Below are positions 8,911 through 20,979 of a DNA stretch of 41,081 bases, piece after piece. Positions within the stretch are counted from its first letter, which is position 1. Each line of letters begins with the position of its first letter. Origin of the DNA: a virus (Duplodnaviria; Heunggongvirae; Uroviricota; Caudoviricetes); IMG/VR virus record IMGVR_UViG_646206259_000005, one strand, 5' to 3'. The translations under genes and the position numbers were made by a program. The notes beneath the pieces were generated by a model that was given only the letters and a program-made list of their open reading frames with translations, was not told where the DNA came from and ran no database searches.

Positions 8911-9300
8911 GTGAGGCAATTTCTTGCTGCTATGTTCTTATTCATATCTTTTGGGGCTACAGCAGAGTGCTGGGTAGTTGGAGATATGCGCGGAATAAGC
9001 TATTCAGAACGAAATAATTTCCAACCAGAAGAAGATGGTTTTAGTGGAACATTCATCATTAAGACAAGCGGTGAAGATGCCAGCATCACATATTCTGGGG
9101 CAGATGCGGGCGGCATGGCTTACAAAGCATTGTCTAAAAACTCCATCATAGGAATCGGCGCAAATGGCGAAACTCAACGCGTTATCGACTCATGGGTAAT
9201 ACATCCTACTGGAACAGTTTTAATGTCAAAAACCATTTCCGGTTATGGAAATATGGATTCAACCAAAGCTTTTGTTGGAAAAGTAAAAAGAAAATGTTAA
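8911..9300 (+). CDS. Secreted/periplasmic hypothetical protein (signal peptide), GTG start
   Basis: N-terminus MRQFLAAMFLFISFGATA-EC typical Sec signal peptide; RBS AAGGAGG 6 nt upstream of GTG. Confidence 0.6.
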   Translation: MRQFLAAMFLFISFGATAECWVVGDMRGISYSERNNFQPEEDGFSGTFIIKTSGEDASITYSGADAGGMAYKALSKNSIIGIGANGETQRVIDSWVIHPTGTVLMSKTISGYGNMDSTKAFVGKVKRKC

Positions 9301-9324
9301 CGATTGAATCCAATTACCCATACG

Positions 9325-11154
9325 TTACTGCTGTGTTGCCTCAGTAGCAAACAGCGGTCTGATGGCATTCGCAGCATTATTCAGCGCTCTTTCATAAGCT
9401 GGCGTTCCAGCTTTAGTGTTTGCCAGACGTAAGAGCGCATTCCTTGTTGCTTTGGACTCATACAGGCGCATCATTGTACCGAAACCAGATTCAAGCGCCA
9501 GTGTTGCCCCAAGAGTCGCAGTTGCGCCAATCGTCCTTATCCTGTTGGCTTGCGATTGCCCTGTCTGAGTTACAACATTTGCGATGTCTGACCTTGCTGT
9601 TTGCTGTAGAACTTCATGAAGAGCATCAAGCTCTTTCATGTGTCTCCCACTGAATATCGTGTTATATATCTGACCGTCAGATTGCGACTTCAACTTATTT
9701 AACTCGGTAAGAAATTTTGTTGGCGAGTCTCCTGCCTTTTCTGCAATCTTGCTAATATAAGCAGCACGCATAGCGTTCTTTCCATCTTCACTAAGAGCAG
9801 GCCATATCCTCTTAATATCTGATGGTTTTCTGCTGAATACAACGCTGTTTATTAGCTCTGGAGTAAACTCTTTTTTAGCTTTGTTGAGATTGTTCGCAAT
9901 CCTTTTATTGAGAACCTTATTGAAGACGTTGGAGTAGTCAGAGTTTGCTTTGACGTATCTGGCAGCCTCTCCAGCCCCCAAATACCGTGCTGCGTTATTC
10001 CTCAAATCTGAACCCATTGCCCTCTCCACGGCATCAGTTGCGGCTTTCGCGCTATTAGGAAAAACCATGGCATCTCCCTGAATACTTTCCCTTAATGCTG
10101 ACCGCAACTCTCTCAATAGTCCAAAATCTACATCTGGTTTAGCAAGCTCTTCTCGCAAATCGGATAGCCCGCGAATCAAATCCTTATTTGCCACTTTCCC
10201 AAGCCTGTTAGCCCTGGTAAGCACGTTGTCGATAACCTTAATGGATTTTGATGTGTCAACAGGTGTATCTCCCATTTTAGTTGTAATGTCTTCAATAACG
10301 CTTCCAGCTGAATCCTTCCTTGACTTCAGAGAACCATACAGATCGTCAACAACAACTGATGGGCTATATTCACCATATTTCTCAAGCTGTTTTTTAACTA
10401 GCTGACTTCTTTTTGCATATTGCTCCGCACGCTTTGAACCTGTCCCGAGCAAAGCCCCCTCGGCATCCTGAGTAAGGCCGCGAGTGAAAGCATTTTTCGG
10501 CGGGATAACATCAGATGTCATTGGTGTCACGCCCATCGATTCTGATGTGGCAATTTTCTTCGCCACTTCTGGCGCAATATCACCTTTTATAGCCGTTATT
10601 CCACGCCCTATTCCCTTTGCTGCTGCGGAAAGAACCCCCTGAGCGGCAAGGTTAACTCCGGCATTTTTTGCTGCATTTTGTGCGAAATCGCCTTTCTGAT
10701 TTGCGGCCTCTGCCAGTGATCCAATAGCCATGCTTCCTGCCGTTCCAACTCCTGGAACTAAATACCCGCCAATTGTTTCTCCAGTTTGCGCATAAGGGTC
10801 TGTCGGTCGATCGACTGGACGATAGACATCATCCAATACTTTTGGACCACCAAGCCCCTGACTGATTGCATTAATCAGACTTGCGCCACCCTGCAATACG
10901 TCAAATGGTATGTTTACCAGACCACGACCAGCCTGTTCTGCAATTTGCCCTGCACTTTGACCACCTGTGAGCCAATCGCCAGCTTGTTGCATCAATGATG
11001 GTTCTTCCCGTGTTGGTGCATTATTGGCCTGATTAACTGTTTGTTGCTGAACAGCCTGACCAGCAAAATACTCATCAATGGCGGCCCCAATATCTTCGGT
11101 GCTCGTACCATCAGGAAAGGTAAATGTCTTACCGTTTGCAGTTACTTTCATCAT
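9325..11154 (-). CDS. Ejection (injection) protein, P22 gp16-like
   Basis: 609 aa, same length and position as P22 gp16 at end of the ejection-protein block. Confidence 0.8.
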   Translation of the reverse strand: MMKVTANGKTFTFPDGTSTEDIGAAIDEYFAGQAVQQQTVNQANNAPTREEPSLMQQAGDWLTGGQSAGQIAEQAGRGLVNIPFDVLQGGASLINAISQGLGGPKVLDDVYRPVDRPTDPYAQTGETIGGYLVPGVGTAGSMAIGSLAEAANQKGDFAQNAAKNAGVNLAAQGVLSAAAKGIGRGITAIKGDIAPEVAKKIATSESMGVTPMTSDVIPPKNAFTRGLTQDAEGALLGTGSKRAEQYAKRSQLVKKQLEKYGEYSPSVVVDDLYGSLKSRKDSAGSVIEDITTKMGDTPVDTSKSIKVIDNVLTRANRLGKVANKDLIRGLSDLREELAKPDVDFGLLRELRSALRESIQGDAMVFPNSAKAATDAVERAMGSDLRNNAARYLGAGEAARYVKANSDYSNVFNKVLNKRIANNLNKAKKEFTPELINSVVFSRKPSDIKRIWPALSEDGKNAMRAAYISKIAEKAGDSPTKFLTELNKLKSQSDGQIYNTIFSGRHMKELDALHEVLQQTARSDIANVVTQTGQSQANRIRTIGATATLGATLALESGFGTMMRLYESKATRNALLRLANTKAGTPAYERALNNAANAIRPLFATEATQQ

Positions 11155-12566
11155 TCCACCGTAAATTGAATGCCTGATTTTGAGGTATATGATCCAACCT
11201 GATTCCGTGGTTCTCCTGAAGGTGTCGAATCTTGTGCTGGCGCTGCGTCAGTATTCATTGACATATACCGCTTAACGGCACTCCCCAGTGATTCACCTTT
11301 TTTAACATCCAACCCCAATATCTGACCGCCATTACGCGATTGTCCAGGGTTGCCATTCGCGCTCATCCACTCGGCTTTAAACTCATTAAACTGCGCGTTT
11401 CGTCGCTCAAGGTTTGCCATTGCATCAAGCCATCTTGCGACCGTCTCAGGGTTATCCATGTCAGTTGGCGCACCCTGTCGAACGATCTCAACGTCTTTAT
11501 CCGTTGCTGGGCCGGGAGGTAGGAATTTAAGAACCTGACTGTTAACAAGGGCATTTTGGCGGATGCGCAAATCACGCAATGTCGTATCGCTTCCGGTAAG
11601 TTTTGCGAACATGTTCTGTGCGTTACCGAACAAACCTGTCGTTGGTTTTTCTGCTCTGAACTGTTGAGCAAGCGCACTCATAGAATTGGCTGAGTTTGAT
11701 GATGCTGTGGCATTGTTTACAGCCGTCTCGATGCCTTTTTCCATGTTTACTGACAGCTTAGGTGCTTCACTAATCAACTGCTGAGCCTTTTCCTGCGCTT
11801 GCTGCATCTTAAACCCGAACTCTTGCTGATCCAGAGCCAAGCGTTGTGCTGCGATATTGTGCCCAGTCATTGCTGACTGATAGGAAAGGTTTTGCCCTCT
11901 CGCCTGAAGTGCTTCTCCAGCCTGATTGCTGCGGATTGTCTCTGCCAGTTTGCCTCGGTCAATTTCACGACCAGCCATCTTGTCCTGAACAGCAAACGCC
12001 TTTTCTGGTCCAAGCGCACCGAGAGACATAGTAGTCAGCATGTGTGATAGCTGCTCTGGATTCTGGATACCTGTCTGAATCATCCAGTCAGCATTCGCCC
12101 CCACGCGATTTAACCTGTCCTTGTTGTCAGTAATGAATTTACTGTAGGCTTCCGGTCCCTGGGAAAGAGCGACGTTAGCCCTCATGGCTAAATCGCCCAT
12201 ATCGTTGCGTTGCTGCTCATTAAGACCGGAAAACGCCTGTTGTGCCTGTGCAACAAACGCTGGATTTTCCTGGGCAAACTTAAATAGTCCAGATGGATCA
12301 CCAGAAGCCCATGCATCAGCGTGAACCTTATTGAACGCACTAATAGCTTTCTGTTGCTGTTCCTGATTGTAAATATCAGCAACTCCAGCCAGACCACGTA
12401 ACGCGGTCAGACCAATGTTATTTGCACCTGAGCGAGCCAGTTCATTGTTTTCGCGGATCAGACCAAGCGTTGCGTTAATGTCGCTTGCCTTTGGCGCATT
12501 CTCATTTTGCGTACCGATGCCAGCCAGAAAACCACCAGAATTAATACCCTGTTGCCACGTAGCCAT
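11151..12566 (-). CDS. Ejection protein, P22 gp20-like
   Basis: 471 aa; position between gp7 and gp16 equivalents. Confidence 0.8.
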   Translation of the reverse strand: MATWQQGINSGGFLAGIGTQNENAPKASDINATLGLIRENNELARSGANNIGLTALRGLAGVADIYNQEQQQKAISAFNKVHADAWASGDPSGLFKFAQENPAFVAQAQQAFSGLNEQQRNDMGDLAMRANVALSQGPEAYSKFITDNKDRLNRVGANADWMIQTGIQNPEQLSHMLTTMSLGALGPEKAFAVQDKMAGREIDRGKLAETIRSNQAGEALQARGQNLSYQSAMTGHNIAAQRLALDQQEFGFKMQQAQEKAQQLISEAPKLSVNMEKGIETAVNNATASSNSANSMSALAQQFRAEKPTTGLFGNAQNMFAKLTGSDTTLRDLRIRQNALVNSQVLKFLPPGPATDKDVEIVRQGAPTDMDNPETVARWLDAMANLERRNAQFNEFKAEWMSANGNPGQSRNGGQILGLDVKKGESLGSAVKRYMSMNTDAAPAQDSTPSGEPRNQVGSYTSKSGIQFTVE

Positions 12567-12575
12567 GATTACCCC

Positions 12576-13265
12576 TTAAAACAACGAGCCAAGCAGACCA
12601 AGACCGCCGCCGATCGCAGCCCCCCACGGAGTTGATGAACCAATTAATTTCGCAAGTCCAGCCCCAGCAATGGCACCAGACGCACCTCCGCCAATAGCAG
12701 ATTGCATTGCTGATGGTCTGTTGGCGTTTGCCGCTGCAAGAGCCGCGCTTTGCTGTGAAATCTGGCTCATGTTGTTGGCATATGTTTGCCCAGCATTTGC
12801 CTGCCCCTGAAGCGCGCCAAGACCAATATTTGCCAGATTCTGGTAGTTGTTCATTTGTCCAGATAGCCATTGCTGACCAAGCGTTGGTGCGATTGTTGCT
12901 AACTGATTACTGGTTGAGGTGGAACCCAATCCACCTGTTGCTTCCGCTGCCGCCAGACTCTGATAGCGAGCCTGACCTGCAAGGTCTTTATACTGCTGAG
13001 AGTTGTAATACTGGTTAAGTGCCTGACCTTGCCCCTCCAGAGACGATAAGTTCTCGAGGCTGCCGACATACTTCTCAGCCAGAGGAGTAAACGGCTTCAG
13101 GTTATTCATGATGGTGTTGAACTGCTGATTTTGCAGGTCTGCGGCATACTTCTGAGCTTCTGCGGCATACTTTGCACTTTTATCGGAGCCACCTTTCCCG
13201 CCTTTTTCAGGGCAATAAGGTTCCTCGCCGCGCAGTTTTCTGCCCAGCTTAAATGCATATAACAT
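12576..13265 (-). CDS. Ejection protein, P22 gp7-like
   Basis: 229 aa; Gly/Ala/Gln-rich; position after gp14 equivalent. Confidence 0.75.
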   Translation of the reverse strand: MLYAFKLGRKLRGEEPYCPEKGGKGGSDKSAKYAAEAQKYAADLQNQQFNTIMNNLKPFTPLAEKYVGSLENLSSLEGQGQALNQYYNSQQYKDLAGQARYQSLAAAEATGGLGSTSTSNQLATIAPTLGQQWLSGQMNNYQNLANIGLGALQGQANAGQTYANNMSQISQQSAALAAANANRPSAMQSAIGGGASGAIAGAGLAKLIGSSTPWGAAIGGGLGLLGSLF

Positions 13266-13267
13266 GG

Positions 13268-13723
13268 CTATCTCCCGTGATTCAGGAAGTCGATTAGTTC
13301 TTCGCGTGTGGCGCTGTAAAACGTCACGTCATCCACGCCTTTGAAGTATTTCTTGATGGTTCCTACACGCTTAAGGCCAACCATTGCGCAGTACATCTGC
13401 CCGTGGCGGAATTTGCGTGCAGCGAACGATGTGACGCACTGAACGGTGGTGTTAGTCAGAATGTATCGCCAGAACGCCAGCCCGATTTCCTTGCTGAAGC
13501 CGCGAATCTCTGGCAGGTACATGGCGTGGCAATCAAAGGTTAGCGGCTGAATCTCCTGATAGTAAACAATTCCGCCGAACTGCCCGTGCACGTTCACCTC
13601 AAAGTAACGGCATTCAGGTTTGTAGTCGTATCCATCACCGTTGTTGCTCCCGGCGATAATGTCATGGTGATTTCCTACGGCTTCTATCAGGTCGATGTTT
13701 CGCGTTGGTTTGAATGTAATCAT
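13268..13723 (-). CDS. Head assembly protein, P22 gp14-like
   Basis: 151 aa; position between tail needle and gp7. Confidence 0.7.
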   Translation of the reverse strand: MITFKPTRNIDLIEAVGNHHDIIAGSNNGDGYDYKPECRYFEVNVHGQFGGIVYYQEIQPLTFDCHAMYLPEIRGFSKEIGLAFWRYILTNTTVQCVTSFAARKFRHGQMYCAMVGLKRVGTIKKYFKGVDDVTFYSATREELIDFLNHGR

Positions 13724-14424
13724 CAGTCAATCAGCCCATGTAATCTAAGTGCCGTTTCAATCGCCAGAATACGCTGCCGCGCCTGCTGCAAACCTGTAGC
13801 GAGAGCCGCGACTTCGGATTGTGTGTACGTAGTGCCGACCGTGTATGACTGGTTAGCGTTGAATGAGCCAAGAAGAGGTGTACCTGTGGCTGCAGTCCAT
13901 CCGGTATTTCTTGCTCCAACAACCTGAATTCCATCAACTGAATATGATGTTTTTACATCCAGCGGTGACGCAAGAGACTGCGATTCGGTTACGGTTTTCG
14001 ATACGTAATCACTCTTAATGCCAGAGACATCGTTTTCTACGTCATCCAGTCTTTGGTCAACAGTGACCAGATGCGCCTGAATATCGATAACCTCATCCAG
14101 CAAGTAATCAACATCGCTACGCAGTACGACTATCTTCCCTTCGGCAGTTGTTAACCTGACCTCAAGTAGATTTATCGCTTTTGTGTTTGCGGTGATTCTT
14201 GCGTCGTGATCAGCCAGTTCGACATCCTGTTCATCGTTTTTTACCTGGGCATCGTAAGCGCCCTGACCAGCCTGATTTGCCTTCCCGGCAATTGCGCCGA
14301 CATCAGCCCCCTGATTAATGACATACAGCAGGTAAGACTGGCTGAATATATTGCGTGGAAGGATTGATGTATCGAGTCGTGTAGCCTGAATTGTTACCGG
14401 CTCATTGAGATTCGAATCAGCCAT
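13723..14424 (-). CDS. Tail needle protein, P22 gp26-like
   Basis: 233 aa; strong match to remembered P22 gp26 ([18 protein letters not shown]..., C-terminal [29 protein letters not shown]). Confidence 0.9.
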   Translation of the reverse strand: MADSNLNEPVTIQATRLDTSILPRNIFSQSYLLYVINQGADVGAIAGKANQAGQGAYDAQVKNDEQDVELADHDARITANTKAINLLEVRLTTAEGKIVVLRSDVDYLLDEVIDIQAHLVTVDQRLDDVENDVSGIKSDYVSKTVTESQSLASPLDVKTSYSVDGIQVVGARNTGWTAATGTPLLGSFNANQSYTVGTTYTQSEVAALATGLQQARQRILAIETALRLHGLID

Positions 14425-15842
14425 TACTCAATCCTTATCTGGCAACCAGACAGAGTGACAGGTGACTTCGTGATAACGCGCAATTTGAAGCCGACATTTT
14501 TCCTGATGCGCCCTACTCGCTTCCACAAAACACGTTTGTCGTAAACGAACGGTTCATTCTGCTCAATCATCTGCTCACGCCCGTAATTGATGCCGTCAGT
14601 GGTTGCAGAGAGAAAAAGGCGGTCAGCATACTGCGCAACGCCAGTTGACGACTCAACCTCAAGGTCGAAAACTCTGGCGTTATCCGCTTTGAACAACGGA
14701 GTAAACAGCAGGTGTTCCTGTTGCCTGTCGTACTGGCTGCTGATATCGAACTGCAATTTCCCTGTCATCGATTCAAGCTTATCGCCGCACGTAATTTGGT
14801 TGCCTTCGTAAATGAAGTCGATAGCGCGGTACACATCGTCATACAGGCCTGTTTTCAGTACACACCATTGCGGACCATTGGCGCTTGAAGATGCGTCGTA
14901 CACGAGGACGTGGCGCGGCAGGTGAATAATCAGCAACTCATGAGCATCAAACCGCAACGATTCCATCACGCCATCAGCCAGTTCATCAGCAGTGTAGGAG
15001 CGGAGGATTTTCTCAATGCTCGCGCTGGCTATTGGTGATACCTGACCGGAGCCGATGATGTATACAGAAGGCGCGCCTGTTGCCGGATTGCTGATGAACG
15101 CATACGAATCAGCAAACGGCGTTTTGCAGTAAGTCCCGGCAATACCTTTCTGCACCATCAGCGATGGCTGTGCGACATACAAAGCGGCACCAACAGTGGT
15201 TGCACCAGTCATGGAGAAATATTCAATCGTTGATGAACCAAAGCAGACAATGAAGTCTCGCCATGTTCCGATGCCGATAATGCCGTCAGGCTGCGATTCT
15301 GCGCGATATTGTGCGCTGTATCGGTCAGGGTGCGATTCGTCTTCAGGGTCAGTAATAAACCATGAATCCGTGCCGTCTTTTGACCACGCATAACGCCCAC
15401 GTAAGCGTGTAATGTCGCGGACTGAACCTAACTCATACTGCGTAAATCCGCTGTCTGCAGGCCAGTTTGAGACGGTTTTAACCGTGCCATCATAGCGATA
15501 CTCAACCAGTTGACCATTAACGCCTACAGCCTGAGATGTTCGACCATGCGCCATTGATACACGACCACTTCCGGCAACATCACCGACTTCACTTTCTCCT
15601 TTGTACAGCTTGCCGCCACACACGCGATAAACAGCATTCTGCGCCATGTTGTACTCAACTCCGCGCGATACACCGTTTACATCAGAGCGTTTGGCAATGC
15701 CCGGGAATGAGCGAAGATATCCGCTGCTGTTAAGGATTTCTTTGGGTGTAGCCAACATATTCACTGGCAGATAGTCGATATAGTCGGCGTTTCTAAAGTC
15801 TTTGCCGACACCTTTCATAAGCGGAAGTTGCTGAATCGGCAT
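14424..15842 (-). CDS. Tail accessory / head completion protein, P22 gp10-like
   Basis: 472 aa, same as P22 gp10; conserved position. Confidence 0.8.
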   Translation of the reverse strand: MPIQQLPLMKGVGKDFRNADYIDYLPVNMLATPKEILNSSGYLRSFPGIAKRSDVNGVSRGVEYNMAQNAVYRVCGGKLYKGESEVGDVAGSGRVSMAHGRTSQAVGVNGQLVEYRYDGTVKTVSNWPADSGFTQYELGSVRDITRLRGRYAWSKDGTDSWFITDPEDESHPDRYSAQYRAESQPDGIIGIGTWRDFIVCFGSSTIEYFSMTGATTVGAALYVAQPSLMVQKGIAGTYCKTPFADSYAFISNPATGAPSVYIIGSGQVSPIASASIEKILRSYTADELADGVMESLRFDAHELLIIHLPRHVLVYDASSSANGPQWCVLKTGLYDDVYRAIDFIYEGNQITCGDKLESMTGKLQFDISSQYDRQQEHLLFTPLFKADNARVFDLEVESSTGVAQYADRLFLSATTDGINYGREQMIEQNEPFVYDKRVLWKRVGRIRKNVGFKLRVITKSPVTLSGCQIRIE

Positions 15843-15851
15843 TTATTCACC

Positions 15852-16313
15852 TCACGTACTCGGATCATCTTTCTCGATGTAAAACCGATTCCACGTAAAC
15901 GCGCTTTTGTTACCACTACCGCGAGGCATGTCATTTCGCCGCTCAAGTGGTGGTATTTTGGTTAAAGCGATACAGATTGTCTGATATGCACTGTCAGCAG
16001 CGGTAAGGAGAGCGTCTGACGGCTGAATGACGTTATCCATGCACACTTGCACAGCGAGTTTCAAAGCGACGCCATCATTTGCCCATGCAGGGATACCTGA
16101 ATCATCGTCAGGTAACGGCATGATGCCGTTTTCTGTATCAGCAAACTGATATCCAAGCTCGATACCTTTAGCCTGCCATGCTGCCATCATGTCTTCGAGG
16201 TCATTAATGGCATCTTCAATTGCCTGAGGGTCAGCATCTGTCAACGTGGCATTGGAATACAGCCCGGCTTTTCGTAAAGCCTTTAGAACGAGATCACCCT
16301 TCGTTTTCGCCAT
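15852..16313 (-). CDS. Tail accessory factor, P22 gp4-like
   Basis: 153 aa, position between coat and gp10. Confidence 0.7.
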   Translation of the reverse strand: MAKTKGDLVLKALRKAGLYSNATLTDADPQAIEDAINDLEDMMAAWQAKGIELGYQFADTENGIMPLPDDDSGIPAWANDGVALKLAVQVCMDNVIQPSDALLTAADSAYQTICIALTKIPPLERRNDMPRGSGNKSAFTWNRFYIEKDDPST

Positions 16314-16482
16314 CTTCTTCCGCCTTAGCCACTTTTTGCTTCGTTGCGGTTTCTTCAGGAGTTTTTACCCAACCTTTTTTCAGGTGAGATTTAACTTCTT
16401 CGTCATCAACAATGACGTAATCGACAGCAAACTGACCACAGGTGATCATGTTGCCAGGCTTATAGAGCATTGTTCGTGCCAT
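16294..16482 (-). CDS. Small hypothetical protein between coat and gp4 (start at internal Met MARTM with GGGAGAAG RBS)
   Basis: ORF with strong RBS; position conserved in P22-like phages. Confidence 0.45.
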   Translation of the reverse strand: MARTMLYKPGNMITCGQFAVDYVIVDDEEVKSHLKKGWVKTPEETATKQKVAKAEEDGENEG

Positions 16483-16523
16483 TGTCTTCTCCCAATAAAA
16501 ATGGGGCCGAAGCCCCACCAAAA

Positions 16524-17777
16524 TTACTGCCCGGCAATAACGATGCCCGTATATTCAGGAACAAGTACAGAGCAACCGTACAGAGTGGTGAAACGAGCAG
16601 TGGTTACGCCTTTGATGTGGTCGAAGGCATAAGACATGATCAGCGTAGCGCCCTGCTCGGTGGTTGCTGTCATTACCTGTGGACCCTGACCTGTCGGGAA
16701 TGCCAGTTTGCCGTACATCAGCTCAACAGAACCATCAGCCCAGAAGAGGTTAGCAGGTGCTGCGTTCTTGTTGAGAATGGTGATTGCTGCTGATTCTGCC
16801 GGTTTGGCATCGACGTTTGCATATGGACGACTCGCAACATCAGTATTTTCAACAGGGAGAATCTTTGGAGAAATTGTTACGGTAGTTCCGCTAACAGCCA
16901 GAACACGGAATACCTGCGGTTGACCGGTGGTATCTTTTGTGATCTGGTGTACGGAATTCACACCGGCAATGGTGAACGCATCACCAACCTGCAAGCCAGA
17001 TGCAGATACCGTAATAGTCCCCTGTCGGTTATCAACTGGCATACCATTTGAATCTTTCGCTTCAACCTTGTGTTCAGGTTGGCCTGATACTGTCAAGGAT
17101 TCAGTGCTTCCTTTCGGTAATCGACCAGAAATATCGGTCTTGTAGCTATCGAAGGACGCAACCGGAGGGATTTGCGCTTTTTCGTATGCTGTCAGGGTTG
17201 CGCCCTGAGCATAGGCACGGTGACCAAGCTCGCCAGCAAGGTCTTTGTAGTTGAAGGGGTTCCAGAAAGAGCGACGGTTGATACCCTGAGGTACACCAAT
17301 CGCCGTCATGGTGGCATCAATACCTGCCGCACAGTTCCACAAATCACGGCCCTGTGTACCTGCGGTTGAGTCAGCCATCGTGATCACGTTAGTAGCACGC
17401 TGCGTGACCATGGAAATCAGGTCAGAGTCAATCTGTGCAGCAAGGCGCATACCTGCGGCGCGACCAGCTTCAGTTTTATGTTCCGGATCACGCATTTCAC
17501 GCGCATCCAGAGTGTACAGAATGTTTTTCGGCTCCTTGAACACTGAAGGAACAAGGCGCTGAACCAGTGCTGTTGGCGTTTTGCTGCTGAGGTCGAGGCC
17601 TTCCTCAATATTCATGTGGTAATGCTGCGGACGATACAGAACATCACCTGCTCGCTGCATTGCTGTATCACCGGGACGGAATTTTTTAGCGTTACGGGAA
17701 ACTACGCAGGCGGCCTCAAAGCCTTCAACGTAGTTTTCGAACATGATTTCAAGGTCTTTTGCTAATTGGTTAGCCAT
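16524..17777 (-). CDS. Major coat protein (P22 gp5-like)
   Basis: 417 aa directly downstream of scaffold gene; partial similarity to P22 coat. Confidence 0.85.
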   Translation of the reverse strand: MANQLAKDLEIMFENYVEGFEAACVVSRNAKKFRPGDTAMQRAGDVLYRPQHYHMNIEEGLDLSSKTPTALVQRLVPSVFKEPKNILYTLDAREMRDPEHKTEAGRAAGMRLAAQIDSDLISMVTQRATNVITMADSTAGTQGRDLWNCAAGIDATMTAIGVPQGINRRSFWNPFNYKDLAGELGHRAYAQGATLTAYEKAQIPPVASFDSYKTDISGRLPKGSTESLTVSGQPEHKVEAKDSNGMPVDNRQGTITVSASGLQVGDAFTIAGVNSVHQITKDTTGQPQVFRVLAVSGTTVTISPKILPVENTDVASRPYANVDAKPAESAAITILNKNAAPANLFWADGSVELMYGKLAFPTGQGPQVMTATTEQGATLIMSYAFDHIKGVTTARFTTLYGCSVLVPEYTGIVIAGQ

Positions 17778-17795
17778 GCTTAATGCTCCAATAGG

Positions 17796-18689
17796 TTATT
17801 TTTTTGCCTTTTTAGCGGCGAAATACGGCGTCCAGTCACCAGTTTCCAGCGCCTTGGCTTTCAATTTGTCGAGGTTGTTGATTACTGCGCCGTTGCTCCC
17901 CTTAACCGTCGGGGTTGTGGCTGCCGTGGTTTTTGCTTTTGGCATGATTCTGGCCTTCGATTCGATACGTTCCAGCAGACGACCAATTGCTACGGGGTTG
18001 GTAGCTTCTGCCAGTTGCTTGCGCAGTTCAGCGTTGCGACCAAGCGCCAGAACAACGATTTCCGGCTTCTCTGACTCAAACAGGATCGCGTTTTGTGTCT
18101 CGATGGGGATTTCCTCGAGTACGGCCTGCTCAGCTTCCTGATAGCCAGGAACTTTGAGAGCCTTAACACGTTGCTGATATTTGGATAATCGCTCTTGATA
18201 GGCAGCCTGAAGCTCCTGCTCCTTCTGCTTGCGAGCCATCTCCTGTTGCTGGTACTTGCCATTATCCTCTGCCCACTTAGCCATGCGTTGCTGGTAGATT
18301 TCTTCATCGAAACCGATGTCCTCATCATCCAGTTTTGGCATTCGCGGTGGTTGAGTGATTACCGGCTGCTGCTCGACGGGTTTCTGAGACTGACGCATCA
18401 GCTCTTTCAGCTCGCGGTCTTTCTCTTTAATCGTCTTGCGCAGGTGTTTTACCAGTCCATGCTCAGCGCCATCTTCGCTGGTTGGCGAATCCAGCTTTTC
18501 GTCACCAAAGTAGAATTCCTGTTCTGATTCGTCGTCATCAGTTTCAGTAGCCTCCTCTGCATCATTGCCTGAGGACTCACTGCCATCTTCTGTTTCGACT
18601 TTTTCAGCCAGTTCGACATCATCAGGAATCTGCTCTGACGCGTCGGTTTCGATTTCAACTTCTGGTGTGTTTTCTGCCATCTGGTCCAT
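17796..18689 (-). CDS. Scaffolding protein (P22 gp8-like)
   Basis: 297 aa, highly charged helical protein between portal and coat; basic C-terminus. Confidence 0.85.
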   Translation of the reverse strand: MDQMAENTPEVEIETDASEQIPDDVELAEKVETEDGSESSGNDAEEATETDDDESEQEFYFGDEKLDSPTSEDGAEHGLVKHLRKTIKEKDRELKELMRQSQKPVEQQPVITQPPRMPKLDDEDIGFDEEIYQQRMAKWAEDNGKYQQQEMARKQKEQELQAAYQERLSKYQQRVKALKVPGYQEAEQAVLEEIPIETQNAILFESEKPEIVVLALGRNAELRKQLAEATNPVAIGRLLERIESKARIMPKAKTTAATTPTVKGSNGAVINNLDKLKAKALETGDWTPYFAAKKAKK

Positions 18690-18779
18690 TTGTTACCCCT
18701 GTTTACTCGATGTTCAGCCCATCGGAAGGCAATAGGGTGCCAGGCCTCATAAAGACAGCCATTGCACGTTATGGGTTAA

Positions 18780-20978
18780 TTACTGCTGTGGTTGTTGCTG
18801 AGTTGATTTTTGCAGGATGCTGCTGATGTCCATGCGCTGCGCATGGCCCTGTGCCTGACTTTTCAGGACAAGCTCTGCATCAGCACGGGCATTGTCTCCT
18901 TGCTGTTGCTGGAACTGTCCGAGCAGTTTCAGAGCCTCGCGGATATCAGATTTCTGCTGGCTATCGGCAGATGCGAGGATTTTCACAACATTTGCCGCTG
19001 CAACCTGAGCATCAGTCTGTGCCTGGAATGCTTTAACCTGAATGGCTGCCTGCTCGTTCTGCGCTTTCTGCAATTCAGCCTGACCAGCAAGAAGCTGACC
19101 TTGCGCAGCAACCATAGCCGGATCTGGCTGACTGGCCTGTTGTTGTTTCGCCTGCTCAACCATCTGCTGTTCTTCTGGCGTTCTCGGCTTGATAACTCCA
19201 GACAGAAGCAACTGATTGCGGTTGTATTCTTTAAGGTCGTCCATCCCTTCGCCGTCCATATTGTCGAGGATCATCGACGATACAAGGTCGTGTTTCGGCG
19301 TTCCGGGCGGGATAAGTGCCAGCATGGAAAGTAACGACTTAACCGTTGCGTCACGGCGAGTAGCGAACGACTGACCGACATCGACAGTCACTTCATAGTT
19401 ACCCTGCGAAAGGTCGTTAAGCGCGATAACCTGCCCTGTCTGACGGTCAACCACTTCACCAGTCATCAGCGCCACGTCATCGCTGCCATCCTCATTAACG
19501 ATGCGCATTGGCGTATCGCTGCCATAGACTTCACGAGCCATAGAAAGCCACACGACGCCAGCACGGCGCATGGATTTAGCCATGTTGTCCATGTAGATAT
19601 AGGACTGCGTGTCCATCCGGTTAAAGATGCTATCAACGGTATCGGTAGCGACGTTGCTCGGCATGTTCTCAAGCTGCGACGCACCTGTAATTTGCTGAAT
19701 AGCCGTTCCGGTGTACTGCAATAGCCCGGCAAGAGCTGGCGGCATTTGTGTCGGAGGTGTCCAGCCAGCAACCTGAGCTTCTGAAATGACTGTTCCGTTT
19801 TTGTCCTTCTTGCTGGTCATAGGAAGAACTGCAGGTCTTTTCTTATTCCTCTCTGCCCAGTGATTCATTAATGGGCCGGGAATGAAATCAACATCCACGA
19901 TAGGAATGCCATCACCGCCAGCCTGAGTGGCGTTATCTGCAATCATGGAAACCATCAGGTTCTCAAGACGCTGTGCATCCATCGCTTTTGCTGCGTGGCC
20001 TTCGATTCGCTCCTGATTATCAACAAATGAGCGACGCCCATATACCGGGATGAGTGGAATATGTTCGCCCGGAATACGCTTCGGTTCTTCCAGCCATTCA
20101 GCGCCAGACAGAAGGCCGCAATAAACGCGGCGTTTCTTCACCGTTCGCTCACCAATCAGTTCGAATGCGCCATCGGTTAGCTCGTCGACAATATCTTTGA
20201 TTTGATCTTCATCATAGATTGCCGTTTCTCCGCTAACAGGGTTGCGCCACGCCGTGAGCTTCACCTTCTCTATGCGGACTTCGTAGTAACGTCCAACATA
20301 GATGGCATCTGGCGTTGACCAGTCATATTGAGTGCCAGTGTCATCACGAGAAAGGCTTGCCGCGATGGAATCAGGGTATTCAGCCTCGAACGCTTTAGGC
20401 GTCATGGAGAACATTTCCATAGCCCACATAGCATCAGAGCGGTCATATTGCTTGCTGTCCTGATCAAAGAAGACGCATGTCGCTGGGTCGTAAACAGGAA
20501 GAAGGCTGATGCGGCGCTGCTCGTTACTCGGATCCATTTCATCTTCGTAATCGGCACACATGCGGAAACAACCGAATCCACCCGTTACGGCATCATCAAA
20601 TGCGTTATCACACGCTTCGCCACCGGATGTTTCCTGATAGTCAGCGCGGAATTTGCCGTTCATTTTTTCGGCTAAAGCTTCCGATGCCTTGTCATCCTTC
20701 GGCCTGAATTTAACGCTGATGCGATTCTGTCGATACTCGCCAATGATGCGATCACATTCACGGGAAATCTTATTCAGTTCAAAACGCGGATAATGCTCAA
20801 ACCTGCCTTCATCAAATGAGTAACCAGCGTTTGTGCTGCCTTCCCACTGTGCGCCGGACACCCGGACGAAACGCTGAGCCTCAATAATCTGCTCACGCAT
20901 ATCCTGCGTTGCTGACCAGGCATTATCAAAGTTGCACAGCACCTTGCGATGCCAGTCAGTCATCTTTTTTTCTGCCAT
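18780..20978 (-). CDS. Portal protein (P22 gp1-like)
   Basis: 732 aa downstream of terminase large subunit; acidic/Gln-rich C-terminal barrel region. Confidence 0.85.
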   Translation of the reverse strand: MAEKKMTDWHRKVLCNFDNAWSATQDMREQIIEAQRFVRVSGAQWEGSTNAGYSFDEGRFEHYPRFELNKISRECDRIIGEYRQNRISVKFRPKDDKASEALAEKMNGKFRADYQETSGGEACDNAFDDAVTGGFGCFRMCADYEDEMDPSNEQRRISLLPVYDPATCVFFDQDSKQYDRSDAMWAMEMFSMTPKAFEAEYPDSIAASLSRDDTGTQYDWSTPDAIYVGRYYEVRIEKVKLTAWRNPVSGETAIYDEDQIKDIVDELTDGAFELIGERTVKKRRVYCGLLSGAEWLEEPKRIPGEHIPLIPVYGRRSFVDNQERIEGHAAKAMDAQRLENLMVSMIADNATQAGGDGIPIVDVDFIPGPLMNHWAERNKKRPAVLPMTSKKDKNGTVISEAQVAGWTPPTQMPPALAGLLQYTGTAIQQITGASQLENMPSNVATDTVDSIFNRMDTQSYIYMDNMAKSMRRAGVVWLSMAREVYGSDTPMRIVNEDGSDDVALMTGEVVDRQTGQVIALNDLSQGNYEVTVDVGQSFATRRDATVKSLLSMLALIPPGTPKHDLVSSMILDNMDGEGMDDLKEYNRNQLLLSGVIKPRTPEEQQMVEQAKQQQASQPDPAMVAAQGQLLAGQAELQKAQNEQAAIQVKAFQAQTDAQVAAANVVKILASADSQQKSDIREALKLLGQFQQQQGDNARADAELVLKSQAQGHAQRMDISSILQKSTQQQPQQ

Positions 20979-20979
20979 A

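Noticed and set aside
16246-16793. Plus-strand ORFs 16246..16632 and 16470..16793
   Set aside because: Antisense to the gp4, small-ORF and coat genes of the morphogenesis operon
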